NCBI GenBank assembly: GCA_044229975.1
Contig: JBGARZ010000002.1
Coordinates: 960,001 to 1,024,000 of the forward strand
Direction: 5' to 3'
DNA length: 64,000 nt
Source: Polyangiales bacterium
GTDB taxonomy: Bacteria; Myxococcota_A; Polyangia; Polyangiales; Ga0077539
Shown here: piece after piece, positions 10,565 through 18,754 of the stretch
Layout of the letters: every line of letters begins with the position of its first letter
How positions within the stretch are numbered: the first letter of the stretch is position 1
Program-made: the position numbers and the translations under genes
Notes under the pieces: generated by a model
What the model was told of the DNA's origin: nothing
What the model saw: only the letters and a program-made list of their open reading frames with translations
Databases searched by the model: none

Positions 10565-10901
10565 GGGAGGTGCCACGGGCGGGCGACGTGGATGCACTCG
10601 GCGGGGTCGGCGGTCAACGGGTGGTCGCCAGAGCTCTCCTCGGGGAAGCGGCCGTCGCGCCGAGATTCAAGGGGGTTGGCGGTTGGCGCCCAGGTGAGAC
10701 GATGTGACCGCAGAGCCGCACGGACCGGTAGATTCCTGTGCCAATGGCTGGGGAAGGACTGTATTCTCGCGACGGTCTGACGAGCGTGGGCGCGGGCGCG
10801 GATCGTTCCGCTTTCGTGATCGACGCCGACGAAACAACTGACCCCCTTTGAGAACCCCGCGTCGGGGCTCCGCGGGGGTCCCAGCAGTGAGGGCGACGGG
10901 A

Positions 10902-12581
10902 ATGAGCAGAGGATCCAACCCGGTAGGTAAGAGGGTCGCGAAGACCGCGAGCGTCGTGGCCGCAATCGCGGCGGTGATGGGCCTCGCGCCCGACGCCGAC
11001 GCGCAGGTGATTTCGCGCTTCGCCCTTCGGCTGGAGGGTGGCGCCGGCACGATGCTCTCGGATCACCAGACAGCCGACCCGGTCACCGGGGGCCTCGGCT
11101 ACGGCCTCGGCATCCAGGGGACCGTGCGCCTCGGCTTCACCATCGTCGGCCCGTTGGTGCTCCAGGCCAGCCTCGCCAACTGGTGGTTTCCGACCGACAA
11201 CGGCACGGGCCGCATCCTCGCCCCGATGGGGGGTCTCCGCATCGAGCCCCGCATCGGGTCGGTCGGTCGGCTCTTCATCGATGGCAACGTCGGCTGGGCG
11301 TTTACGGGCAACGACGAGCGCCTGACCTTCGACGCGGGCCTCGGCTTCGAGTTCGCGGTCACCCGCTGGCTTGGCATCGGCCCGGCGGTGCGCGTCGGGA
11401 TGGTCTTCCAGGACAGCACCGATGCGCTCGGGCAGGTCATCAACGCGCCCAACGACTCCAACGCGCTCTACTGGAGCGGCGGCATCTCGCTCGCGCTCCG
11501 CGTCCCCGAGGACGAGCAGCCCACCGCCCGCGACACCGACAACGACGGGGTGATGGACCCTGACGACCTCTGTGTCGACACGCCGCAGGGCGACCACCCC
11601 GATCCCTCGCGTCGCGGCTGCCCGGTGGCCGACACCGACGGCGACGGCGTCTATGACAACGAAGACCTCTGCGTCAACGAGCCGGCCGGCGCCACGCCCG
11701 ACCCGGCCCGCCGCGGCTGCCCCATCAGCGACCGCGACGGCGACGGCGTGCCCGACGCCGAAGACCAGTGTCCGACGGAGCCGCAGGGCGCCTCGCCCGA
11801 CCCGGCCCGCCGCGGCTGCCCGCGTGGTGACGCCGACCGCGACGGCGTGTTCGACGATGAAGATCAGTGCGTCAACGAGCCGGCCGGCGCGCGCCCGAGC
11901 ACGACCCGCCGCGGCTGCCCCGCGCCCGACGCCGACCACGACGGCATCATCGACCAGCCGGAAGGTCCCGATCGCTGCCCGACGCAGCCCGAGACCTTCA
12001 ACGGCCGCGACGACGACGACGGCTGCCCCGACGGCGAGGCGCTCGCCCAGCAGGACGGCAACAGCATCCGCATCCTCCAGCAGGTGAACTTCCGCACCGA
12101 CCGCGACGAGATCGTCGGTCGTCAGAGCTTCCAGGTGCTCGACTCGGTGGTCTCCATCCTCCGCGTGATGGGCAACCTCCAGGTCGACATCCAGGGCCAC
12201 ACCGATGACCGCGGCGACGCGGCCCACAACCTCGATCTCTCCAACCGCCGCGCCCTCTCGGTGCGCACGTACCTCGTCGCCCACGGCATCAACGAGAGCC
12301 GCCTCGAAGGCCACGGCTTCGGCCCCAACTGCCCGATGATCCCGGGCAGCACCAGCGCGGCGCGCGCGGCCAACCGTCGCGTGCAGTTCGTCATCGTCAC
12401 CCCCGACACCCCGGCGGGTCGCTGCGCCAACGCGGCGCCCTCGGGCACCGGCCCGGCGGCGGTCTCCATCGCGGCGCCGGTCGAGGACGCCCCCGCGGGT
12501 CGTCACGGTCGTCACGGCCGCGGCGGTCGTCACGGCGGCGGCCACGGCGGCGGCGGTGGTCATCACCGTCGGCGTCACTGA
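10902..12581 (+). CDS. OmpA-family outer membrane protein with thrombospondin type-3 repeats
   Basis: Signal peptide (ADA-Q), beta-barrel-like N-domain, DxDxDG..D..D.C repeats, OmpA-C motifs IQGHTD, NLDLSNRRA, NRRVQF. Confidence 0.9.
   Translation: MSRGSNPVGKRVAKTASVVAAIAAVMGLAPDADAQVISRFALRLEGGAGTMLSDHQTADPVTGGLGYGLGIQGTVRLGFTIVGPLVLQASLANWWFPTDNGTGRILAPMGGLRIEPRIGSVGRLFIDGNVGWAFTGNDERLTFDAGLGFEFAVTRWLGIGPAVRVGMVFQDSTDALGQVINAPNDSNALYWSGGISLALRVPEDEQPTARDTDNDGVMDPDDLCVDTPQGDHPDPSRRGCPVADTDGDGVYDNEDLCVNEPAGATPDPARRGCPISDRDGDGVPDAEDQCPTEPQGASPDPARRGCPRGDADRDGVFDDEDQCVNEPAGARPSTTRRGCPAPDADHDGIIDQPEGPDRCPTQPETFNGRDDDDGCPDGEALAQQDGNSIRILQQVNFRTDRDEIVGRQSFQVLDSVVSILRVMGNLQVDIQGHTDDRGDAAHNLDLSNRRALSVRTYLVAHGINESRLEGHGFGPNCPMIPGSTSAARAANRRVQFVIVTPDTPAGRCANAAPSGTGPAAVSIAAPVEDAPAGRHGRHGRGGRHGGGHGGGGGHHRRRH
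11532..12032 (+). repeat. Intragenic TSP3-like Ca-binding repeats (four ~33-aa units plus a fifth variant unit)
   Basis: DTDNDG..RRGCP, DTDGDG..RRGCP, DRDGDG..RRGCP, DADRDG..RRGCP, DADHDG..DGCPD. Confidence 0.85.
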
Positions 12582-12613
12582 TCGCGCGCTGACGGTCCCA
12601 GCGACCTGAACAA

Positions 12614-12649
12614 AGGCCCCGGCGGAGTGATCCACCGGGGCCTGAGTTT
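12614..12649 (+). terminator. Probable intrinsic (possibly bidirectional) terminator
   Basis: AGGCCCCGGCGGA-GTGA-TCCACCGGGGCCT hairpin with a GNRA loop between converging ompA and PilZ genes; the U-tract is weak. Confidence 0.65.
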
Positions 12650-12703
12650 ATCTGGGGCTGTAAGAATCGGGACGGGAAGGCGGGGCGATTGCCCCGCGGA
12701 CGA

Positions 12704-13045
12704 TCAGGCCCAGCAGCGGAGGAGGTAGTCGGCGAGGCGCACACGCTGCTCGCGCGAGAGCCCCACGAACCGAACGCCCACGCCGCGGTCGCGCGAGGCG
12801 CCGGTGACCTCCACCTCGACCCGCAGCGCGCCGTCGCGATCGGGCAGGCGCAGCTCCAACATCAGTCGGGTGCCGGTGGGGTGGGCGACGCCGCGGTCGA
12901 GCGAGAGGCCGCCGAGCGAGAGGTCGCGGGCGCGCAGCACATGGGCGCCGACGTCTCCTTCTGCCTCGACCCAGAGGTCGAGGTCGGTGCGCTCGTTGCT
13001 GCGACGATCGAGGTGCATGCGGGGTGCCTCCTGCGACGGGTTCAT
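12704..13045 (-). CDS. Stand-alone PilZ domain protein
   Basis: RRSNER (RxxxR) and DLSLGG (DxSxxG) c-di-GMP-binding motifs; GVGVRF. Confidence 0.85.
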   Translation of the reverse strand: MNPSQEAPRMHLDRRSNERTDLDLWVEAEGDVGAHVLRARDLSLGGLSLDRGVAHPTGTRLMLELRLPDRDGALRVEVEVTGASRDRGVGVRFVGLSREQRVRLADYLLRCWA

Positions 13046-13058
13046 GGTGTCCACGGCT

Positions 13059-13496
13059 TCAGCGAGCGGCGGTGCGGCGGTCGGGCGTCGGGGTTCCGAA
13101 GAGGCCGGGGTCGCCGGCGATGACGGTCTCACCGCGCAGCCGCCAGGCGCCCTCGCGGCTCTCCCACTGCTCCTCGACGAGGCTCTGCTTCACGTCCGTC
13201 GAGTCGCCCGCGTGCACCCACGCGACCCGCAGCCGCGCGCTCCCGCGGTTCTGGTTGGAGCGGAGGCTCTCCACCTCCACGTCGATGACCTGCACCGTCT
13301 GCCCCCAGCCGCGGTGATGCGCCTGGAAGGCCACGCGCATCTCGGTGTCGACGGCGGTCTCGGCCGCGGGCAGGCGCCCCCAGCGCAGGTCGTCGTGAAA
13401 CACCGCCGCGGTCTCGTCGAGGGTCTGCCGCATGGAGGTGTTGCACCCCGCGGTCATCAGCAGCCCCGCGCACGCCAGCAGTCGGAGATTTCGCAT
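13059..13496 (-). CDS. Hypothetical lipoprotein
   Basis: MRNLRLLACAGLLMTAGC lipoprotein signal; FHDDLRWGR and EQW motifs; possibly NTF2-like. Confidence 0.7.
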   Translation of the reverse strand: MRNLRLLACAGLLMTAGCNTSMRQTLDETAAVFHDDLRWGRLPAAETAVDTEMRVAFQAHHRGWGQTVQVIDVEVESLRSNQNRGSARLRVAWVHAGDSTDVKQSLVEEQWESREGAWRLRGETVIAGDPGLFGTPTPDRRTAAR

Positions 13497-13519
13497 GCTC
13501 GGCGCCTAGCACCGCCGAC

Positions 13520-14386
13520 CTAGGCGACGAAAATTTCCTGCGCCTTTCGCGGCGGAGCGGCCTTCTCCCGGATCACCTCGTCCAGGGCCCGCACCTCCAG
13601 CTCCAGCGACTCGCTCGCGAGGTCGACGTCCGCGACGTGCGGGTCGGCGATGCGAACGCTGCTCGCCAGGTGCGCGTCGAGGCTGGCGTGCGCCCTCTCC
13701 AGGGCGACCACGTGGGACTCCACCCGCGCGACGATCCAAGCCGGAGCTGCGCCGCGCATCCGCGCCGCGGCGAGGGTGTGGCTCAGGGCGGCGAGGGAGG
13801 TCCACGCCCGCTCGATGCGCGCGGTGACGTCGGGGTCGACCCGGTGTTCGAGCTCGACGAGCGCCACGCGACGGCGGAGGTCGAGGGCCCGCGCGAGGGC
13901 TTCGTCCACCTGCTCGCGACGCGGCAGCGCCGCCCACCGGAGAGACGTAGCGACGAAGTCGTCGACGCCCACGAGCGCGCCCAGGGACGCCAGCAGCCCT
14001 GCGACCATCACGGCCGCGAGGCGCACCACGATCGAGGGGTCGCCGCCGTAGCGCGACGCCACCCACGCGCCGGACGCTCCCCCCACGAGCGAGAGCCCGA
14101 CGATCGCGCGACGGGCACGACCATCGGCACCGCGCGACGCCCGCACGGCCCAGACGCCGACGCACCACAGGGCGCCCCCGAGCACCGGATGATAGACCCC
14201 CAGCGACGCGCAGATCAGCGCCGCGAGGGAACCAGCGACGAGCGCCAGCGGGCTCCACCGACCGTCGACCAGCGCCGCGACGCCGCACGACGCCGCGACG
14301 GCCACGAGGGCGGAGGGCGCCCCGGTCACCAGCGACGCGCCGACGAGCGCCGCGCCCAACACCACGACACGCACCATGGGGTTCAT
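13520..14386 (-). CDS. Hypothetical membrane protein with helical C-terminal domain
   Basis: About 5-6 N-terminal TM segments then an amphipathic/coiled-coil region; starts 3 nt after the VWA gene stop. Confidence 0.7.
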   Translation of the reverse strand: MNPMVRVVVLGAALVGASLVTGAPSALVAVAASCGVAALVDGRWSPLALVAGSLAALICASLGVYHPVLGGALWCVGVWAVRASRGADGRARRAIVGLSLVGGASGAWVASRYGGDPSIVVRLAAVMVAGLLASLGALVGVDDFVATSLRWAALPRREQVDEALARALDLRRRVALVELEHRVDPDVTARIERAWTSLAALSHTLAAARMRGAAPAWIVARVESHVVALERAHASLDAHLASSVRIADPHVADVDLASESLELEVRALDEVIREKAAPPRKAQEIFVA

Positions 14387-14389
14387 GGC

Positions 14390-15862
14390 TCAGTAGCCCG
14401 AGCCGCTGCGCATCGCGCGGCGGTGGACGGCGTTGGAGCCGAGGCCGAAGGCGCGCCCCTCGTCGCTCGCGGCGCTCATGCTGTTGAAGTTGGCGCGGTC
14501 GGTGTTGTAGCTGCGAATCTGCGCGGCGCGGGCGGCCGTCGGGGCGGCGGCCTGTAGCTGCTCCAGCGCCAGGACGTTGCCCTGCGAGATGCTCTCGGCC
14601 TCGGCGACGCGACCGTCGCGCCACGCCTGGACGGCGTCCTGCTGGCGGGCGGCGAGGGCGATGGACTCCGCGTCGGCGAACACCGCGGGCTCGCGCGAAG
14701 CGAGCGCGGCGGCGGGGTCATCGACGAGACCGAGGGGCAGGGCCTCGACGGCGACGCGCACGTCACGGCGCTCGGGGACGGCGCGCCACGAGAGGCTCGC
14801 GCCGAGGGACCCGGCCGTGGCCGCGTCGGTGTCGCCCGCGACGACGAGGTCGAGCACGACGCGGCGGTGATCGCCCGCGGACATGGCCCCGACGGGCAGA
14901 CGAAGGTGCGTGCCGCGGGTCTCGGCCTCGACGCCGTAGGCGCGGGCGAGGCTCCACCCGGCAGGGAGTTCGAGGTCGACGGCGGCGCGGTCGACGTTGG
15001 TGCGCTCGGCGGCGTTGAGCTCGCGCCCGAGGAAGGCCCGGAGCTGCACCCCATCACGGAGGAACTCGTAGTTGCCGCGGCCCGCGTCGGCCACGCGGCT
15101 CATGTACGCCTCGTCATAGTCGGCGCCGACACCCAGCGACGAGAGGGTCACCCCGCGGTCGGAGCGCAGCCGCACGCTGTTGGCCACGCGGTCGAGGCTC
15201 TGCCCCGAGCCGTCGCGGCCGTCGGAGACGAGCACCACGCGCCGCACGAGGTCGCCGCCGCCGCCGTCGCCGAGCGCGGCCGCCCCTGCTTCGAGGCCCG
15301 CGGGGATGTTGGTGCCCGAGATGGTGTCCAGCGTCGGGACCACCGCCTGGAGGCGCGAGCGCACGTCGCCGACGCGCGCGAGGGGCTGCACCACGTTGGC
15401 CGAGTCGCTGTACGTGACGAGGGCGATGCGGTCGTCGTCGCGCATGCCCGCGAGGGTGTCGAGCACCGCCCCGCGCGCCTGGGCCATCTTCTCGCCGGCC
15501 ATCGAGCCCGAGACGTCCACCACGAGGGCCATCGCGATGGGCGCCCGGCGGACGTCTTCGGCGCGACGGTCGGCGTCGATGTCGACGACGGCGTAGACGT
15601 GACCGCCGCGGCGCCCGATGGAGCCCTGCGAGAGCGCGACGGTGGCCGACAGTTGCGGTCCGTGGACGGTGCGGCGGGGCGCGCGGGCCGGACCCGCCGG
15701 GCGCTCGACGGTGACCGTGGTGGTCGTGGTGGTGGTGGGCGCGGTGACGCCCGCGCGGGGCGCCCGCAGCAGGACCACCCCGCCCGCGGCGAGGGCCACG
15801 CAGCCGGCCGCAACGGCGTGGAGCGAGCGACGATCGAACACGAGGCGACGCAGTGGACTCAT
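14390..15862 (-). CDS. Membrane-anchored VWA domain protein (YfbK-like)
   Basis: MIDAS DVSGS, GTNI, VLVSDG, GVGADYDE, GRGNY; N-terminal TM plus poly-Thr linker; GGGAGG RBS before ATG 15862. Confidence 0.88.
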   Translation of the reverse strand: MSPLRRLVFDRRSLHAVAAGCVALAAGGVVLLRAPRAGVTAPTTTTTTTVTVERPAGPARAPRRTVHGPQLSATVALSQGSIGRRGGHVYAVVDIDADRRAEDVRRAPIAMALVVDVSGSMAGEKMAQARGAVLDTLAGMRDDDRIALVTYSDSANVVQPLARVGDVRSRLQAVVPTLDTISGTNIPAGLEAGAAALGDGGGGDLVRRVVLVSDGRDGSGQSLDRVANSVRLRSDRGVTLSSLGVGADYDEAYMSRVADAGRGNYEFLRDGVQLRAFLGRELNAAERTNVDRAAVDLELPAGWSLARAYGVEAETRGTHLRLPVGAMSAGDHRRVVLDLVVAGDTDAATAGSLGASLSWRAVPERRDVRVAVEALPLGLVDDPAAALASREPAVFADAESIALAARQQDAVQAWRDGRVAEAESISQGNVLALEQLQAAAPTAARAAQIRSYNTDRANFNSMSAASDEGRAFGLGSNAVHRRAMRSGSGY

Positions 15863-15989
15863 CGGAACCTCCCTTTGGTGTGGTGACCGATCCGTCGGAC
15901 GCGCGACCTCGAACGACGGTCTATCCGACCGCGCGATGGCCTTCGTCGACGAAGGGTCCGCTTCGCTCTTTACCCGCGGCGCGGGCTGT

Positions 15990-16002
15990 GACATTCACTG
16001 TC
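15990..16002. promoter_or_regulatory. Candidate WYL-regulator operator
   Basis: GACA-TTCAC-TGTC inverted repeat 5 nt upstream of the WYL ATG in the divergent intergenic region. Confidence 0.45.
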
Positions 16003-16007
16003 CCGCC

Positions 16008-17015
16008 ATGCCGCGTCGCCCTTCTCCCGGCCGTCCCGCGGGCCAGTACACCCAGGCGGTGCGCCTCTTCCAGTTGCACCAGCTCCTGGAGAGCAGCGTC
16101 GAGGGCGTTCGCATCGAGGAGATCGCGCGCGACCTCGGCGTGACCCCGCGCTCCATCCGTCGCGACCTCAAGGCGTTGGAGGCGGCCAACATCCCGCTCG
16201 AAGCCGTCGACGTGGAGGGCGAGCGTCGCATCCGCGTGGTGCGCGCGGGCAAGGCCACCGACCCGGTGCGCCTCACGCGCTACCAGCGCTACTCGCTCTC
16301 GGCGGTGCGGCGGATGTTCGACGTGTTCACGGGCACGCCCCTGCACGACGACTTCTCGCAGCTCTTCGCGAAGCTCACCCCGACGGGCGACGAGGAGGGA
16401 GCGATGGCCGATCGCTTCCACTACATCCCCGAGGCGCCGCGCAACTACCGCAAGCTCAAGGACCAGGTCTACGAGGTCTACGACGGCATCCTGCGGACGT
16501 TGACGTTGCAGTTTCACTACGACGGCGGGACGACGCCGGGCACGCGCAAGGTCGAGCCCTACGCGCTGGTGCTCTATCAAAACCGCCTCTACGTGGTCGG
16601 CCGCGACGTGCAGAAGGACGCCGAGCGAACCTTCGCCATCGACCTCATGAAGCGGGTGCGCGCGCTCACGGCGGCGCCCTTCAAGCGCAACCCGGAGTTC
16701 AACGCGTCGCGGCTCTTCGAGGGCGCGTTTGGCATCTTCGGCGGCGGCGAGCGGCAGCACGTGGTGGTCGACTTCGACGCGCGCGTCGCCTCGTACATCG
16801 AGCCGCGCGAGTGGCACCCGACGCAGAAGTGCACGCGCCTCCCCGACGGTGACCTGCGGGTGGAGTTCGACGTGACGGGGCTCACCGAGGTGGTGGGCTG
16901 GGTGCTGCGCTGGGGTTCGGCGGCGGTGGTGCGCGAGCCCGACGACCTCAAGCGGCGCGTGCGCGACGAGCTCGCCCGCGGGCTCGATCGCTACGGCGGC
17001 GACTCCGCGGGTTGA
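16008..17015 (+). CDS. WYL-domain transcriptional regulator (wHTH-WYL-WCX)
   Basis: HTH IEEIARDLGVTPRSIRRDLKALE; WYL core RKVEPYAL..RLYVVG..RTFAIDLM; C-terminal WVLRWGSAAVVREP. Confidence 0.92.
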   Translation: MPRRPSPGRPAGQYTQAVRLFQLHQLLESSVEGVRIEEIARDLGVTPRSIRRDLKALEAANIPLEAVDVEGERRIRVVRAGKATDPVRLTRYQRYSLSAVRRMFDVFTGTPLHDDFSQLFAKLTPTGDEEGAMADRFHYIPEAPRNYRKLKDQVYEVYDGILRTLTLQFHYDGGTTPGTRKVEPYALVLYQNRLYVVGRDVQKDAERTFAIDLMKRVRALTAAPFKRNPEFNASRLFEGAFGIFGGGERQHVVVDFDARVASYIEPREWHPTQKCTRLPDGDLRVEFDVTGLTEVVGWVLRWGSAAVVREPDDLKRRVRDELARGLDRYGGDSAG

Positions 17016-17081
17016 CCCCCTCGCCGACGGCCGAACGTTGTGAGTCCTCGCCGCAACGACTGCTAGAGAGAACCCAAAGGC

Positions 17082-17942
17082 ATGTCCATCAAGTCGTTTC
17101 TCGCCGGCAACCTCCGGCTGCGATCGCTGCTCTTCCCGTTGTTCAACCGCCTCAACCCGGGCGACGTCACGATCAGGCACCACTACACGGGCGCGCCGCT
17201 CCGCATCCATTCGTTCCGGCACCGCGGCTACTGGTGGCACGGGCGCGATCGCGAGGCGGAGACCATCGCCGCGTTTCAGGCGCTCGTGCGCGGCGGCGCG
17301 ACGGCCTTCGATGTCGGCACGCACGTCGGTTACATGAGCCTGCTGTTCTCGCAGCTCGTGGGCGCCTCCGGGCGCGTGGTGTCCTTCGAGCCCGGGGAAA
17401 ACAACCTGCCGTACACGCGCGCCAACCTCGCTGGCCACGTCAACATCACCGTCGTCGAGAAGGCCGTCGGTCCCACCACCGGCACCGCGACCATCTATCT
17501 CGAAGACGTCACTGGGCAGAACAACTCGCTCGTGAAGAACTACGACGGGCTGACCACCACCTCGGGCTCCTCGGTGAAGGCGCACGTCCGCGAGGTGTCC
17601 ATCCCGATGGTCTCGCTCGACGACTTCGTCCGATCGAGCGGGCTCGTGCCCGACTTCATCAAGATCGATGTGGAGGGCTTCGAGCTCGGGGTGCTTCAGG
17701 GCGCTGGTGAGACCCTCGCGAGTCACCACCCGATGCTGATGGTGGAGGTCGGCCGACCGGCGATGGTCGAGGTGACCGCTCTCTTGAGCGCACTCGGCTA
17801 CGTCGCGTATCGCCCCAATGGTCGCCCCATCCGAACGCTCGCCGACCGCGACTCCAACACGTTCTTCCTGCATCCCCAGCACCACGCCGAGGGGCTCCGC
17901 AGGCTCGGCTGGCCCGACGCGCCGTCCATCGCCGTCACCTGA
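17082..17942 (+). CDS. FkbM-family SAM-dependent methyltransferase
   Basis: FDVGTHVG, SFEP, SLDD, IKIDVEGFE. Confidence 0.9.
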   Translation: MSIKSFLAGNLRLRSLLFPLFNRLNPGDVTIRHHYTGAPLRIHSFRHRGYWWHGRDREAETIAAFQALVRGGATAFDVGTHVGYMSLLFSQLVGASGRVVSFEPGENNLPYTRANLAGHVNITVVEKAVGPTTGTATIYLEDVTGQNNSLVKNYDGLTTTSGSSVKAHVREVSIPMVSLDDFVRSSGLVPDFIKIDVEGFELGVLQGAGETLASHHPMLMVEVGRPAMVEVTALLSALGYVAYRPNGRPIRTLADRDSNTFFLHPQHHAEGLRRLGWPDAPSIAVT

Positions 17943-18729
17943 CTTCGTCGACGGGAGCGAGCGGCTCGTGGCGGCGAGACACCGCGAGCACCCAGCAGCC
18001 CAGCGCGGTCACGCCGATGCAGGCCCACTGCGCCGGGGTGAGGCCGCCGTAGCGGGGGTCGCTCTCCGGCCCGAGGTCCGTCGCCCGCAGGAAGTCCAAC
18101 GGGAACCTCATCAGCGAGTACGCCACCGCCAGCGCGCCGGCGATCATCCCGGGTCGACGCGTACGCCGCGAGACGATCACCACGAGCGCGATGAGCAGCG
18201 GCGTGAGGGCGAACTCGATGAGCCCGAGGTCATAGCGGGTGCCTCCCGGGAAGCGCACGCCGAGGGGTGAGTCGGTGAGCCTGCCGGGGTGGTCGTGCAC
18301 GACCGCGCAGCCCATGCGCCCGAAGAGCCAGCCGAAGGGGAAGGCGTAGGTTGCGAGGTCGAGGAAGACCCAGGGGTTGAGCTTCTTCACCAGCACGAAG
18401 GTGAGACCCGCGATGACCGCGCCGGTGATGCCGCCGAAGGACGACAGCCCGTGGTGGATCATGAAGAGCTCGCGCCAGTCACGACGCAGCACCTCCGGGT
18501 GATAGAAGATCGTGTCGAGCATGTGCCCCGCCAGGAAGCCTCCGGTGAAGGTGACCAGCACGAAGCGGTCGACGACGTTGGCGGGGCGGACGCCGATGGC
18601 GCGCGCGTGGCGCACGGTCATGTGGTGACCGAGCAGCACGCCGACGGCCACCAGCAGGCCGAAGGTGTGGAAGGTCACGCCGAAGACGCGAAACTCGGCG
18701 AGGTCGATGGCGGGGATCACGGTGGCCAC
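17935..18729 (-). CDS. lgt: Prolipoprotein diacylglyceryl transferase (Lgt) family protein, paralogue 1
   Basis: FGLLVA, GLSSFGG, GRMGC..HDHPG, MRFPLDFLR, GLTPAQW; true start may be GTG 18720 (MIPAID). Confidence 0.8.
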   Translation of the reverse strand: MATVIPAIDLAEFRVFGVTFHTFGLLVAVGVLLGHHMTVRHARAIGVRPANVVDRFVLVTFTGGFLAGHMLDTIFYHPEVLRRDWRELFMIHHGLSSFGGITGAVIAGLTFVLVKKLNPWVFLDLATYAFPFGWLFGRMGCAVVHDHPGRLTDSPLGVRFPGGTRYDLGLIEFALTPLLIALVVIVSRRTRRPGMIAGALAVAYSLMRFPLDFLRATDLGPESDPRYGGLTPAQWACIGVTALGCWVLAVSRRHEPLAPVDEVR

Positions 18730-18754
18730 GACATACCCCGAAGCAGCGGGAGTG

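Noticed and set aside
10600..10901. Riboswitch or sigma54 promoter in the dsbA-ompA intergenic region
   Set aside because: TGGCAC is present on the minus strand but lacks the TTGC -12 element; hairpins match no RNA family I recognise.
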